Shown here one piece after another: positions 19,885 through 28,993 of a stretch of DNA of 64,000 nt (the stretch's first letter is position 1; each line of letters starts with the position of its first letter). Under the pieces are notes generated by a model. That model saw only the letters and a list, made by a program, of their open reading frames with translations. It did not search any database and was not told where the DNA came from. Both the position numbers and the translations under genes were made by a program. This DNA comes from Candidatus Binatia bacterium. Its GTDB lineage: Bacteria > Desulfobacterota > Binatia > Bin18. The stretch covers positions 64,001 through 128,000 of the forward strand of contig CAXXHG010000014.1 in NCBI GenBank assembly GCA_963666315.2. Direction: 5' to 3'.

Positions 19885-20119
19885 AGCCGCGCAACGGGAA
19901 ATCGGCCATTTCCCGCTGAATTGCATTTTCAATTACCTGCTCCGCTACGGTAGGCTGCGCGAAAAGTACACCCTACCACGAAGAAGCTCACCGATTTTGT
20001 CTTGTCTATACAATCCTGCCCCACGAACTGGAGGAGACGTAAAGACATTGCTTTTTCCTTGTCCTGTCTTTATGCTCCCACCGTCTTGAACTGATTTGAA
20101 AGGAAAAGAGACCAGCATC

Positions 20120-20533
20120 GTGTGTGGCCGGTATTCCTCACGTCTGCTCCACCTTGTGACCCTCGGGACTTTCCTGACCTACTTGTTATCGGGAGCGAGC
20201 TTTGCCTTGCCCGCAGTAGAGCATTGTGAGCGGTGCTCTAGAGGGAAGCAGGTGAGCGCAATCCGGTCTGGCGCATCGTGCCCATTGTCTGCGCGTGGCC
20301 CTCACTGTCATACCGCCCATCTACACACTGCGGGCAAAATTAGCATGTGTCCTGATGGGTGCTTGCACCATGAGCAGGGGGGAGAAGTCTCCAGCATCGC
20401 GAAGTTTGTTTTCCTCAATGCCGCGCATACCGCGTCCGGACTCCCCATCAGTCCGCCGGTCGGCGAACGACAAGGACTGTTACCCGATGGGTATCTGACC
20501 CCGCCGACGCAGCCGCCACAGGCAGCCCTCTAG
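20120..20533 (+). CDS. DUF2946-like (CruR/CutF-type) leader protein
   Basis: Signal-like N-terminus, HCERC, Cys/His-rich middle, C-terminal PPTQPP; start is 20096 or 20120. Confidence 0.55.
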   Translation: MCGRYSSRLLHLVTLGTFLTYLLSGASFALPAVEHCERCSRGKQVSAIRSGASCPLSARGPHCHTAHLHTAGKISMCPDGCLHHEQGGEVSSIAKFVFLNAAHTASGLPISPPVGERQGLLPDGYLTPPTQPPQAAL

Positions 20534-20692
20534 GCTGCCTGCATAACGTCTAATCGCTCCGTGAACTGCCCCTGTCGGATCAGAAGAGGTGCGTCCGCGT
20601 GGGACCGCCTGTTTCTGATTTGTCCAGCGTTGCTAAACGTACTCTGCCGGGAGAGGCCTCTCTGTGTCTCCACCAGGGTGAGAAAAAAATCA

Positions 20693-21589
20693 ATGCGTTA
20701 CAAATGTCTCCAGTGGCTCGTCATGTGTGGAATTTTCGTCTGTCTCAGTTCTTCGTTTGTCGCGGCTCATGGGGTCGTGGGGAAGCGGAAATTTATCGAG
20801 CCCTTTGTGGCCGAAGATGCCAATCCCAAAGATGAATTCGTGTTGGCGAAACCCGGCCACCTGAATCTTAAGGAAGGGAACACGTTTTCCATGGGGTATA
20901 TTCTGGAAAAACGGTTCTCTGACAATTTCAGCCTCGCCCTCGAAAATGAGTGGGTGACGCATAGACAAGGAGGCGAGAAGAATACTTCGGGCTTTCAGAA
21001 TCTCGGCGTGCTGCTCAAATACGCCATGTGCCGCAGTGAAGCCCATGAATTTATTCTCTCGTCGGGCTTTGAAGTCGAGGTCCCCATCGGAGAGGAAGAT
21101 ATCGGCGCTGAACAAGACGTCGCGCTTGCCCCTTTACTCCTTTATGCCAAAGGCTTTGGAGACCTTCCCTGGCGCGTGGGGTTTTTGCGGCCTTTTGCCC
21201 TGATGGGCGAGGCTGGGTTTGATATCCTACTGAACAACGAGGAAACGGAATTCTTCTACGACTTTGTTCTCATGTATGACTTCCAATATCTTCAAGATCA
21301 CGTGAAGGATGTGGGGCTGCCGTGGCCTTTGAACCGACTCGTTCCTGTAGTGGAGTTTAACTTTGCGACGGTGGTTAACGGCCCGGAGCGGATCACTGAG
21401 GCGTTCATTACCCCGGGGTTGGTATATCGAGGCAAGTATGTCCAACTCGGCATAGCAGGCCAATTCCCGCTCAATTCCACCACCAATCGGGAGTTTGACA
21501 GTGGAATCTTGTTCAGCATCGACTTATTTTATGACGATATAGTCTCCGCGCTTGGATGGGCGCCCTTTTTGGGGTTACAGTATTCCTAG
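20693..21589 (+). CDS. exported protein, probable outer-membrane beta-barrel/transporter
   Basis: Signal peptide ending VAA|HGVVGKRKF; alternating aromatic/hydrophobic strands; TPGLVY motif. Confidence 0.6.
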   Translation: MRYKCLQWLVMCGIFVCLSSSFVAAHGVVGKRKFIEPFVAEDANPKDEFVLAKPGHLNLKEGNTFSMGYILEKRFSDNFSLALENEWVTHRQGGEKNTSGFQNLGVLLKYAMCRSEAHEFILSSGFEVEVPIGEEDIGAEQDVALAPLLLYAKGFGDLPWRVGFLRPFALMGEAGFDILLNNEETEFFYDFVLMYDFQYLQDHVKDVGLPWPLNRLVPVVEFNFATVVNGPERITEAFITPGLVYRGKYVQLGIAGQFPLNSTTNREFDSGILFSIDLFYDDIVSALGWAPFLGLQYS

Positions 21590-22055
21590 CGAATTGCTGC
21601 ACTGGCAAAGCTAAACGGTAAGATTGAGAGGTCACAAAAGGTTCGATGCCATCATCGAAGATAGTATTCGTCGCGTTCGGCATCCCTTTTGGGATGTTCT
21701 GACCAGGACCCAACGCTGAAGGGTGTCGACGAGTATAAGGAGGTGGAGAAGGCCATCGCCGTCTACACCGCCGAGCTGGATCAGAGTGCGCCGTACAGTT
21801 AGGCCTGCTCTATGTAACGATCGCGACTTCTGCCTGGGGGAAGATGGACGCTAGCCGAGCCTCTCCTTCTATAACGGTGAGACTCTTTCCTCGCCTTGTC
21901 GGATGAAGTCCTTCCTCAGACTCTGTGTTCACCTGGCTTCTCCCCGGTTGTCGCAAGTAAGATTGTACCGGTCAAGACGTTGGTGGAGAGGAAGAACGAC
22001 ATGGCGGGTAACTTAACTCTAAGAGTTGAGTCTGCACTCAGAAGGAGGGATAGTA

Positions 22056-23006
22056 ATGCATGGTAGGGAGGGGATCTATGGTCTCATCCTCAGCATCAGC
22101 TTCGCCGTGTCAGCGCAAGCATTCGGGTTAGCAGACTGCACGCTCGACGACTCAGCGGCAGAAGAGAGCCGTATTGAGCACCTGTATGGAGGCGCGCCGG
22201 ACGATGCGGAGATACATGCCCGTCGGGCATACGTGTTTGCCTATAATGGCGCATTCAAAGTGCCCCAGTGGGCGGCGTGGTCGGCAACAAAAGAATTCCG
22301 AGACACCCCCAAGCGAAAAAAGCGCTGGAAGACACTTCGAACCGATCCCCTGCTTCCCGATGTGAAGGCTCGAGACTACCGGGGCTGGTTTGATACCACG
22401 GAAAACTATGCCAGAGGCCATATTGTACCGTATTTTATTTCAGGCGGAGACCGGGATAACGATGGCATGGATGCCGAGTTCGAGGAGAATCTCCGGGTTG
22501 AAGACGAAGACGACGCCTGTACGGTCTTCGAGATCAACGCCATGAGCAATATCGCGCCGCAGTTCCACACCCGGTTCAATGGGCAACCCGGCGTGTGGTG
22601 GCTCCTGGAAACGCACGTGCGTTCCATGCTTGACCACGGGCGCGAATTTCAGCTCTTTGCCGGGACGATTTTTCTTGATGACGTACAAGTGAGGAAGATT
22701 GGCCGAAAAGATGCCCCCGAGACGTGGGATATCGGTGTGCCACATGGGTTCTTCAAAATTGTTATTGATCCGGCTCGAGAACAGGCTATTGGGTTCCTGT
22801 TCGATCACGCAGGCGACCTGGCCAGCGGCTGCAATATTGACGATGCAAGTGTAGCTGGGCCAGCCCATTGTATTAGGGACATCAATCAGATTGAGGCCGC
22901 TACAGGCCTGAAATTCTTTGCCGCATTTTCAAATGCAAAGAGACAAAGGCTCCTCAAGGGAAGTACGCCAGCGACATGGTCAACCTGGATTGGTAGGGAA
23001 GACTAA
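22056..23006 (+). CDS. secreted DNA/RNA non-specific endonuclease (NucA/EndoG family)
   Basis: Signal peptide; PQWAAW, ARGHIVP, SNIAPQ...FN...W..LE, VPHGFFKIV. Confidence 0.88.
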   Translation: MHGREGIYGLILSISFAVSAQAFGLADCTLDDSAAEESRIEHLYGGAPDDAEIHARRAYVFAYNGAFKVPQWAAWSATKEFRDTPKRKKRWKTLRTDPLLPDVKARDYRGWFDTTENYARGHIVPYFISGGDRDNDGMDAEFEENLRVEDEDDACTVFEINAMSNIAPQFHTRFNGQPGVWWLLETHVRSMLDHGREFQLFAGTIFLDDVQVRKIGRKDAPETWDIGVPHGFFKIVIDPAREQAIGFLFDHAGDLASGCNIDDASVAGPAHCIRDINQIEAATGLKFFAAFSNAKRQRLLKGSTPATWSTWIGRED

Positions 23007-23309
23007 AGTTCAAGGTGTTCGCGAGCGTCCACCCGAGAATACCCCCAGGATGCCGTTAAGAAGAGCTCAATATTGATCCCCAATCAAGAACGACTTTGTA
23101 CAAGCAATAGGGTACCGAACGAAAAAATACACGTACTGCTTACTCTTACTGAAATACGCCCGCTGTTTGGCGTAATAGACGGCAACGTGATTGTTCGCTT
23201 TTTCTCACCCCGTGCCGCGACGGCCAGGGAGTATCAAATGTAGGCTGCTTGCACAGTCGATGTGTCGTAGATGACGACTTGATTGCCCTCCTATGCTACT
23301 TACGGCTCT

Positions 23310-24032
23310 ATGCAGGAGAATCCTTTCATATCTGTGGTGGTTCCTGTCTACAACGAGGCTCTAACTATAGAGACGACCATCAATCGCATAGAGGCCGAAC
23401 GATATAGGAAAGAGATTATCCTAGTGGATGATGGATCCAACGACGGAACAACGGAGCTGTTGCAGAATCGAACAGAATCCACTAACCAGGATTGCTCTAT
23501 TCAGGTTCTACTTCACAGAACAAATTTGGGTAAAGGCGCAGCTGTTCGCACTGGTTTCCGTCACGTAACGGGCGATATTGTCATAATTCAGGACGCGGAC
23601 TTGGAGTATCACCCCTCAGACTATTCGAAGCTGTTGGGACCCTTTATCAACGGAGAGGCAGACGTGGTCTACGGCTCTAGGTTCTTAAATACGGAGAGTT
23701 CCATGAGCTTACACTTTCTAGGAAACAAAGTGCTGACCATGCTTTCGAACCTTTGTACAGGGTTTCATCTGACCGACATGGAAACAGGGTGCAAGGCTTT
23801 CCGATCCGAATTTCTCAGTCGAATCTCCTTGTGCGAAGATGGATTTGGATTTGAGCCGGAAATTACAGCAAAACTTGCAGGGTTACAGGCGAGGATGGTG
23901 GAAGTGCCCATATCCTATAGCAGACGCGGGTACAGTGCTGGAAAGAAACTCAAATGGAAAGACGGGGTAGCCGCACCTTTCTTCATACTCCGCTATAATT
24001 TGGCGCGGTGTTTGCGCCTTTCACGCCCGTAG
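23310..24032 (+). CDS. GT2 glycosyltransferase (polyprenol-phosphate sugar synthase-like)
   Basis: VPVYNE, VDDGSNDGT, GKGAA, QDADLEY, DMETG, FGFEPE. Confidence 0.92.
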   Translation: MQENPFISVVVPVYNEALTIETTINRIEAERYRKEIILVDDGSNDGTTELLQNRTESTNQDCSIQVLLHRTNLGKGAAVRTGFRHVTGDIVIIQDADLEYHPSDYSKLLGPFINGEADVVYGSRFLNTESSMSLHFLGNKVLTMLSNLCTGFHLTDMETGCKAFRSEFLSRISLCEDGFGFEPEITAKLAGLQARMVEVPISYSRRGYSAGKKLKWKDGVAAPFFILRYNLARCLRLSRP

Positions 24033-24043
24033 CACATTCCAAT

Positions 24044-24454
24044 ATGGTCCACAGGCCACCTTTCGGTAAGCCACAAACAAAAGCCCTCGCCCTTGTTGCG
24101 GGGCTCTTAGTGGCGGGGTTTGTCCTTCGATTTGCGTTTATCAATTCACAGAGCCTGGGGCACGACGAAATCTATACGCTAGGGTTCTTGAGCGGGTACG
24201 ACGCATATCTTTTCCCAGGGGCGAACCTCCAGCCCTTTGTGGCAGACGGGCCATGGCTCAACCACGCCCGACCTGCATCGCAGAACATAATGCTTGAACA
24301 AAGCGTGGACTTGAACAGCGTCAATGTTTGGTGGGTTCGTATGAGACATCTCCCCGTTTCTGACAGTATTAAGCGCACGACCAACGCATTCATGCTGGTC
24401 TGGATTCTGTGCTTGGGGTTGGTTTGCGGACGCATGGTATGTCTATTACGCTGA
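24044..24454 (+). pseudogene. GT-C (GT39/PMT-like) membrane glycosyltransferase fragment
   Basis: TM followed by LRF...SLGHDEIYT, typical of a GT-C N-terminus; far too short. Confidence 0.5.
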
Positions 24455-24984
24455 ACAGATATGCGCTAATCATCGTACTTCTGGGCGCCCTCGTCCGCCT
24501 AACTGTTTGGTATGCTAATCCGCCGAACAATGCCTATGACGATCATCTCGAAGTCATTGCACACGTCGCCCGCAGTTTTGAACGGCCTACGATCGACAAC
24601 TGCTTTCAGTGTTACCATCCGCCCTTGTATTACTTTGTTCAAGCAATGGTCCTGCGAGGCACGCACGCAATCACTGGAAGTTTTTGGACCGCGTGGAGAA
24701 CCGTCCAACTGAGTAGTGTTCTCTTTTCGATCTTTCATCTCCTGGTTTGTTGGAAAATATTGAGCAGTGTAACCAAGCCACATCTTCCGTCGCAACTCTG
24801 TGCGCTGGCAGTTCTCACATTCCTCCCCAGAGATATTTATACGTCCGCCTTTATCGCGAACGATACTGCAGTGATACTTTTGGGAGCGATTGCGATCTTG
24901 ATCTATACAAGAGGCTTTGCGAGTGAAGTCTCACATCGACCTCTTATAGCCCTGGTCATCCCCATCATTCTGGCTGCCTGGACC
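24439..24984 (+). pseudogene. GT-C membrane glycosyltransferase truncated by IS6
   Basis: AYDDH, YHPPLYY, IAND motifs; the ORF tail (VLSSYRG...) is read from the IS inverted repeat. Confidence 0.7.
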
Positions 24985-25823
24985 GTACTGTCAAGTTATC
25001 GGGGCAGGGTACGAAAATCACGTAGTGTGAGGTAAGATGAGGGGCATCCTTACGCCACTTCCAGCCCCATTGTCACGTCTCGCCAGGTCGTAAAGGCCCG
25101 CTCTCGAAACAACCGATAGTGAGCTGCCTTCATCAAGTGCCGTCCAATCCGAAAGAGATTGTTGATGGGACTGTGGACGGACAGAAACCGCTGTACGTGT
25201 CGTAAAGATTTGAAGCGGCGCATGTGGCGTTCGCGTTGCCGGGTGGGTTGGTGAGAGACCTCAGCCCGGTTGTTAGCGTACTGCCTGGTGTAGTGAGTCA
25301 CGGACGGCATGGTAATCCGACGAGCAGCCCCATAGCTGCGCAGTTTATCAGTGACCAGCCGATTGGGAACGTAGCGCAGCCCCTTCAACAACTTGCGAAA
25401 GAACCGTGTGGCCGCGCCTGTATTCCGGCGTTTCTGCACCAGAATATCAAGCGTGTCTCCATCCTGATCTACTGCCCGCCACAAGTAATAGCGCTTGCCC
25501 CTGATGCGGATGAATAGCTCATCCAGATGCCAGGTGTCGCCTGGTCGTCCCCGTCGTCGGCGTAGTTTCTTGGCGAAGGCTTGCCCAAACTTGAAACACC
25601 ACTGCCGCACCGCTTCATGGCTGACGATCACGCCGCGCTCGGCCAAGAGCTCCTCGACTTCGCGGAAACTGAGGCTAAAGCGATGATAGAGCCACACTGC
25701 ATGGGCAATGATTTCCGGCGGAAAGCGATGATTCTTATATAGGTCTGTGGTAGGTAAGGGCATGCCTCAATTACGGCCTGCAGAGTCACTGCTGTACAAG
25801 GGCCTCGATAACTTGACAGTACC
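24984..25823 (-). mobile_element. IS6 family insertion sequence
   Basis: IRs GTACTGTCAAGTTATCGGGGC (24985-25005) and GCCTCGATAACTTGACAGTAC (25802-25822), 20/21 match; no target duplication. Confidence 0.92.
25050..25763 (-). CDS. IS6 family DDE transposase
   Basis: HRFPPEIIAHAVWLY, WHLDE, WRAVD, VTDKLRSY, NNRAEVSH. Confidence 0.95.
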   Translation of the reverse strand: MPLPTTDLYKNHRFPPEIIAHAVWLYHRFSLSFREVEELLAERGVIVSHEAVRQWCFKFGQAFAKKLRRRRGRPGDTWHLDELFIRIRGKRYYLWRAVDQDGDTLDILVQKRRNTGAATRFFRKLLKGLRYVPNRLVTDKLRSYGAARRITMPSVTHYTRQYANNRAEVSHQPTRQRERHMRRFKSLRHVQRFLSVHSPINNLFRIGRHLMKAAHYRLFRERAFTTWRDVTMGLEVA

Positions 25824-27143
25824 TTCTTCACAATACTTCCACAGCGCCAACGCCGCCTGGATATGATCCCGGCGGATAGTGACTGACAAATCAAGCAACG
25901 CATAGGCAACACTCAGACGGAGAACTTGGGCTTCCGCCCGTGACAAAACCGCACCAAGCAGCCCCTGCTGGCCGGCACTCAAGTCCGCGTACACTTCATG
26001 CCATAGCGCACTTGCACACTCGTCCCGTGTTAGGGCATTAGTCTTCCGTGCAAACTCGATTGTCTTGCGGAGCTGGTCGATTAGTGGTTCGAGTATGTGA
26101 TCCGGGATTGGTGGGGCGTCGGGTAATAATTTTGACCGCTCAACCCACACCCACAGGAAGCGGTTGGCAAACCCATTCGCTTTACTCGTATCGTCCAGGC
26201 GAGCAAGCAGCTCATCTTTGGTGATATGGCCGACTATAGAAATATGGGGATTGGTGGCCGCAAGCGGGTTATTGCGGACGAGAGTTGAAAGCGTTCCCCC
26301 ATCCCAGCCTTGCCGGATAACGGGCGAGAGGGTATTACCAACTCGATTCATGACGTTCAGGACGGAGGCAAACTCCTCTTCGATGATCATGAGTCGTTTG
26401 TCTTCGACCGCTTCCTCTTTAAGAACTTGCTGATAGCCTTCTACCTTGCCTTTGTGTCCTTTGATGGGTTCTTGCTTGTACAGCGCGTCCCGGACCACAT
26501 AGATGACGCCTTCACCGGAACTCAGTCCTGTTTTAATACGGTCCTTGGCCCATCCGGGATCGACTGTTGAAAAAATGTGTCGGATAGGACTCCATCCCGT
26601 TCCTTTTCGACCTTTGCTCGATACGCCGACCTGTACAATAAACAACCGGGCCGGATGGTTACTGTGTAGAACTATGGCGTGAGGCGCCGCGTTGATACAG
26701 TTCCCGAAGGCGGTAAGAAAGTTGGTCAAGGTAGCAGCAGGATCGGCTTCGGTGTATGGATCGATTCCCTTCACGATCCTGCCAGCAAGACCGTGGAGTG
26801 CGGCATCATCCAAGCGCGGCCCCGTCCGTCCCAAACCTTGGTCCTTGTTCCGCTGTGCCTGACCGTTTGTGTCGGTAGAGTGGCGATCCGCCGCCTCCAC
26901 ATCTTCCATAATCGCTTCCTGCTCTTCCGGTGACAGGGCGTCCCAGGAAGGCTCGGCTTCATTCTCGGCTGCATTGCCGTTATCGAGGTCGTCTTTGGAA
27001 GTGGGGTCGGCATCCGATGGGGGCAAGTCGTCCGGCTCATCGAAATCGTTTCTCTCCTGTTCTGCCATCTCGCGGTTCTCGTAATCGTCTCGCACCAGGC
27101 GCTCAATCGTAGTAAAATCATCATCCATTCCCGCGTGCCCCAT
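25767..27143 (-). pseudogene. DUF3987 (YfjI-like) replication protein, C-terminally truncated by IS6
   Basis: GVSSKGRKGT P-loop-like, SSGEG, EEEF, GFANRF; terminal GTVKLSR... is translated IS IR. Confidence 0.8.
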
Positions 27144-27622
27144 GTCCGCTCCCTTCTCCTAATGCTTTGTCGTCAATCCCGCGTATGCGGCGCATCAAGG
27201 CAACTACGCCTGCCCGTGGTATAGAACTCATCGACGAAATCTCTCTCGGGCCGGCGGCGGCAAGAATCTGAACTTCTTCCTTGATGTCCTCCAGGGCGCG
27301 GCGGTAGGGCTTGGACAGTTCTTTGCCCGTCCGCTTGGGCGCGCCGCGAAAGCTGAGGCCGTGATATTTGCGCAGAAATTCGATGGCGTCGCCGTCCGCC
27401 CGCAGCCGAAACAGTGGTAGCGCGGGGGTCTTCCTGGTGGAAGACATAAAACGAAGGTGTTTTTTCTGCGTGAAACGGGCAGAAATCTACCAGGCGGATG
27501 CCAGCGCGTTTGGGTGCTACTCCGATGGCCTCCGCGATCTCTACCAGGGTTTTACTCATTGGCGGTAATTCCGCAGGTCTTTGGGCAGGCAATTTCCACA
27601 CACCGCCAACGGGATTGGTCAC
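27121..27622 (-). pseudogene. CHC2 zinc-finger (primase N-terminal) protein, frameshifted
   Basis: CPFHAEKTPSFYV, YHCFGCG and ADGDAIEF are spread over different frames at C5/G3 runs (27395-27430). Confidence 0.8.
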
Positions 27623-27831
27623 CCCGCATCGTCATGCGCAGTGTTTGTCTTTTGCCTCGCCTTCTGTTTTCTTTCATCCAACCTCTTTAGGTATCCCCGT
27701 ACCGCGCCTACATCGTAGAATCGCAAACGTCCGACCGGCTCATAGGGCATCCCAAATCGTGTGTGTTTACGAACAAAGGCTTCGCTACAACCGAGAGCTT
27801 CTGCTAAACCCTTCGCGTTGACTGTTTGCAT
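27619..27831 (-). CDS. excisionase-like HTH DNA-binding protein
   Basis: 70 aa basic; NAKGLAEALGCSEAFVRK...GMPY..VGRLRFY; GGAGG RBS. Confidence 0.75.
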   Translation of the reverse strand: MQTVNAKGLAEALGCSEAFVRKHTRFGMPYEPVGRLRFYDVGAVRGYLKRLDERKQKARQKTNTAHDDAG

Positions 27832-27881
27832 AATTAATCCTCCATTAGCCGAATTTAGAGTTCAGTGTAGCTGCACGGCAC

Positions 27882-27910
27882 TGGACATTCAATACGATAG
27901 AATGTATCAT
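27882..27910 (+). promoter_or_regulatory. sigma70-like promoter with internal inverted repeat
   Basis: TGGACA-N17-TATCAT; ACATTC-N9-GAATGT at 27885-27905. Confidence 0.55.
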
Positions 27911-27948
27911 TAGCGTGGTACAGAAGATTTTCCACTTAGAGTACTTTT

Positions 27949-28911
27949 ATGAGAAAAATTTTCGGCTTTGAGAATGTCGTAACAGAGGCTGGATATAACT
28001 GGATGGAGACCTTCGCATTGGACCCCGCGACGGGGAAAAAGCAAGGCAAGCGCGACTGGTTCCTCACCAACGGAATGAGTGCCGGTACGTCATTTCATAC
28101 GCGCGCTGTTGATCCTCTCCAGCATAATACCGCGCCGTATCGGGAGTTTATAAAACTTCCCGACCGCAATGCAATGAAAGCTTTTGCTTGCAAGTATGGC
28201 CTATTAGGTGAGCCTGCTCGGCGAGAGGTCAGTAGAAAAATACTTCTTCCCCCAAAGGGCGAAGGGGTAGGCGAGTCTTTCTTTGATTGGACGTTTGAAA
28301 TTGAGTGTATGGCGCAGGTCGTAAGTCTCTGGGATATGATCACGCAAGAGGACGCCAAGGGGTTGTCTCGGCACATCATATGGAACGAGGAAAATGACCA
28401 GGTGCGTTTCGTTAGTGGCTGGTCGGGGGTAGGTTATAGCAGCGTTAATATCATTGCCGATAGAAATAATGTCCCGGAGCTGATGGAACACTTCCACCTT
28501 GGCGATGTACTAGAACCTGCCTTATATCATGTACGCCGGGTAGTCGGTGACCGATTAAAAGACCGGCTTGTCCCTCGCCTAGAGCCCGCTGAGCCACCTA
28601 AGCGATTACGGCTATCTTTTGTGGCTGAAAGCCTTATTGGCTTGTTGTGGTTGCAATGCGCTCAGGCCATTGATGGCAATAAGGATTATCGAGCATGTGA
28701 GCATTGCGGAACGATTTTCGAGATTGCTCCGAAAGCGGCTCGGAAGAGTCGGCTATATTGCGCAGATGCTTGTCGCTTTCGGGCGTATCGAGCGAAACAG
28801 GTCCAAGCACAGAAACTTCATGCTAGTGGAGTCAACATTCGAGACATTGCCAAGCAACTCAAAACGGATGCTAAGACCGCAAAAGGATGGGTGAAGAAGA
28901 AGAGTGCTTAG
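27949..28911 (+). CDS. putative element regulator with C-terminal CGNR-like Zn finger and HTH
   Basis: CEHC...LYCADACRFRAYR followed by GVNIRDIAKQLKTDAKTAKGWV. Confidence 0.7.
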   Translation: MRKIFGFENVVTEAGYNWMETFALDPATGKKQGKRDWFLTNGMSAGTSFHTRAVDPLQHNTAPYREFIKLPDRNAMKAFACKYGLLGEPARREVSRKILLPPKGEGVGESFFDWTFEIECMAQVVSLWDMITQEDAKGLSRHIIWNEENDQVRFVSGWSGVGYSSVNIIADRNNVPELMEHFHLGDVLEPALYHVRRVVGDRLKDRLVPRLEPAEPPKRLRLSFVAESLIGLLWLQCAQAIDGNKDYRACEHCGTIFEIAPKAARKSRLYCADACRFRAYRAKQVQAQKLHASGVNIRDIAKQLKTDAKTAKGWVKKKSA

Positions 28912-28993
28912 CATCGAATCAGGTTGCATGACTAAACAGAAAAAATTCATAGAGCATGGCGAAGTTGCGGATACGCAGAAAGGAGCGAGGTAG

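Noticed and set aside
21590-22025. Short ORF-like remnants on both strands between the exported protein and the nuclease
   Set aside because: Too short and fragmentary to assign.
23120-23215. Peptide LFGVIDGNVIVRF resembling the MutY/Nth VDGNV motif
   Set aside because: Only a few residues match and there is no continuous frame.
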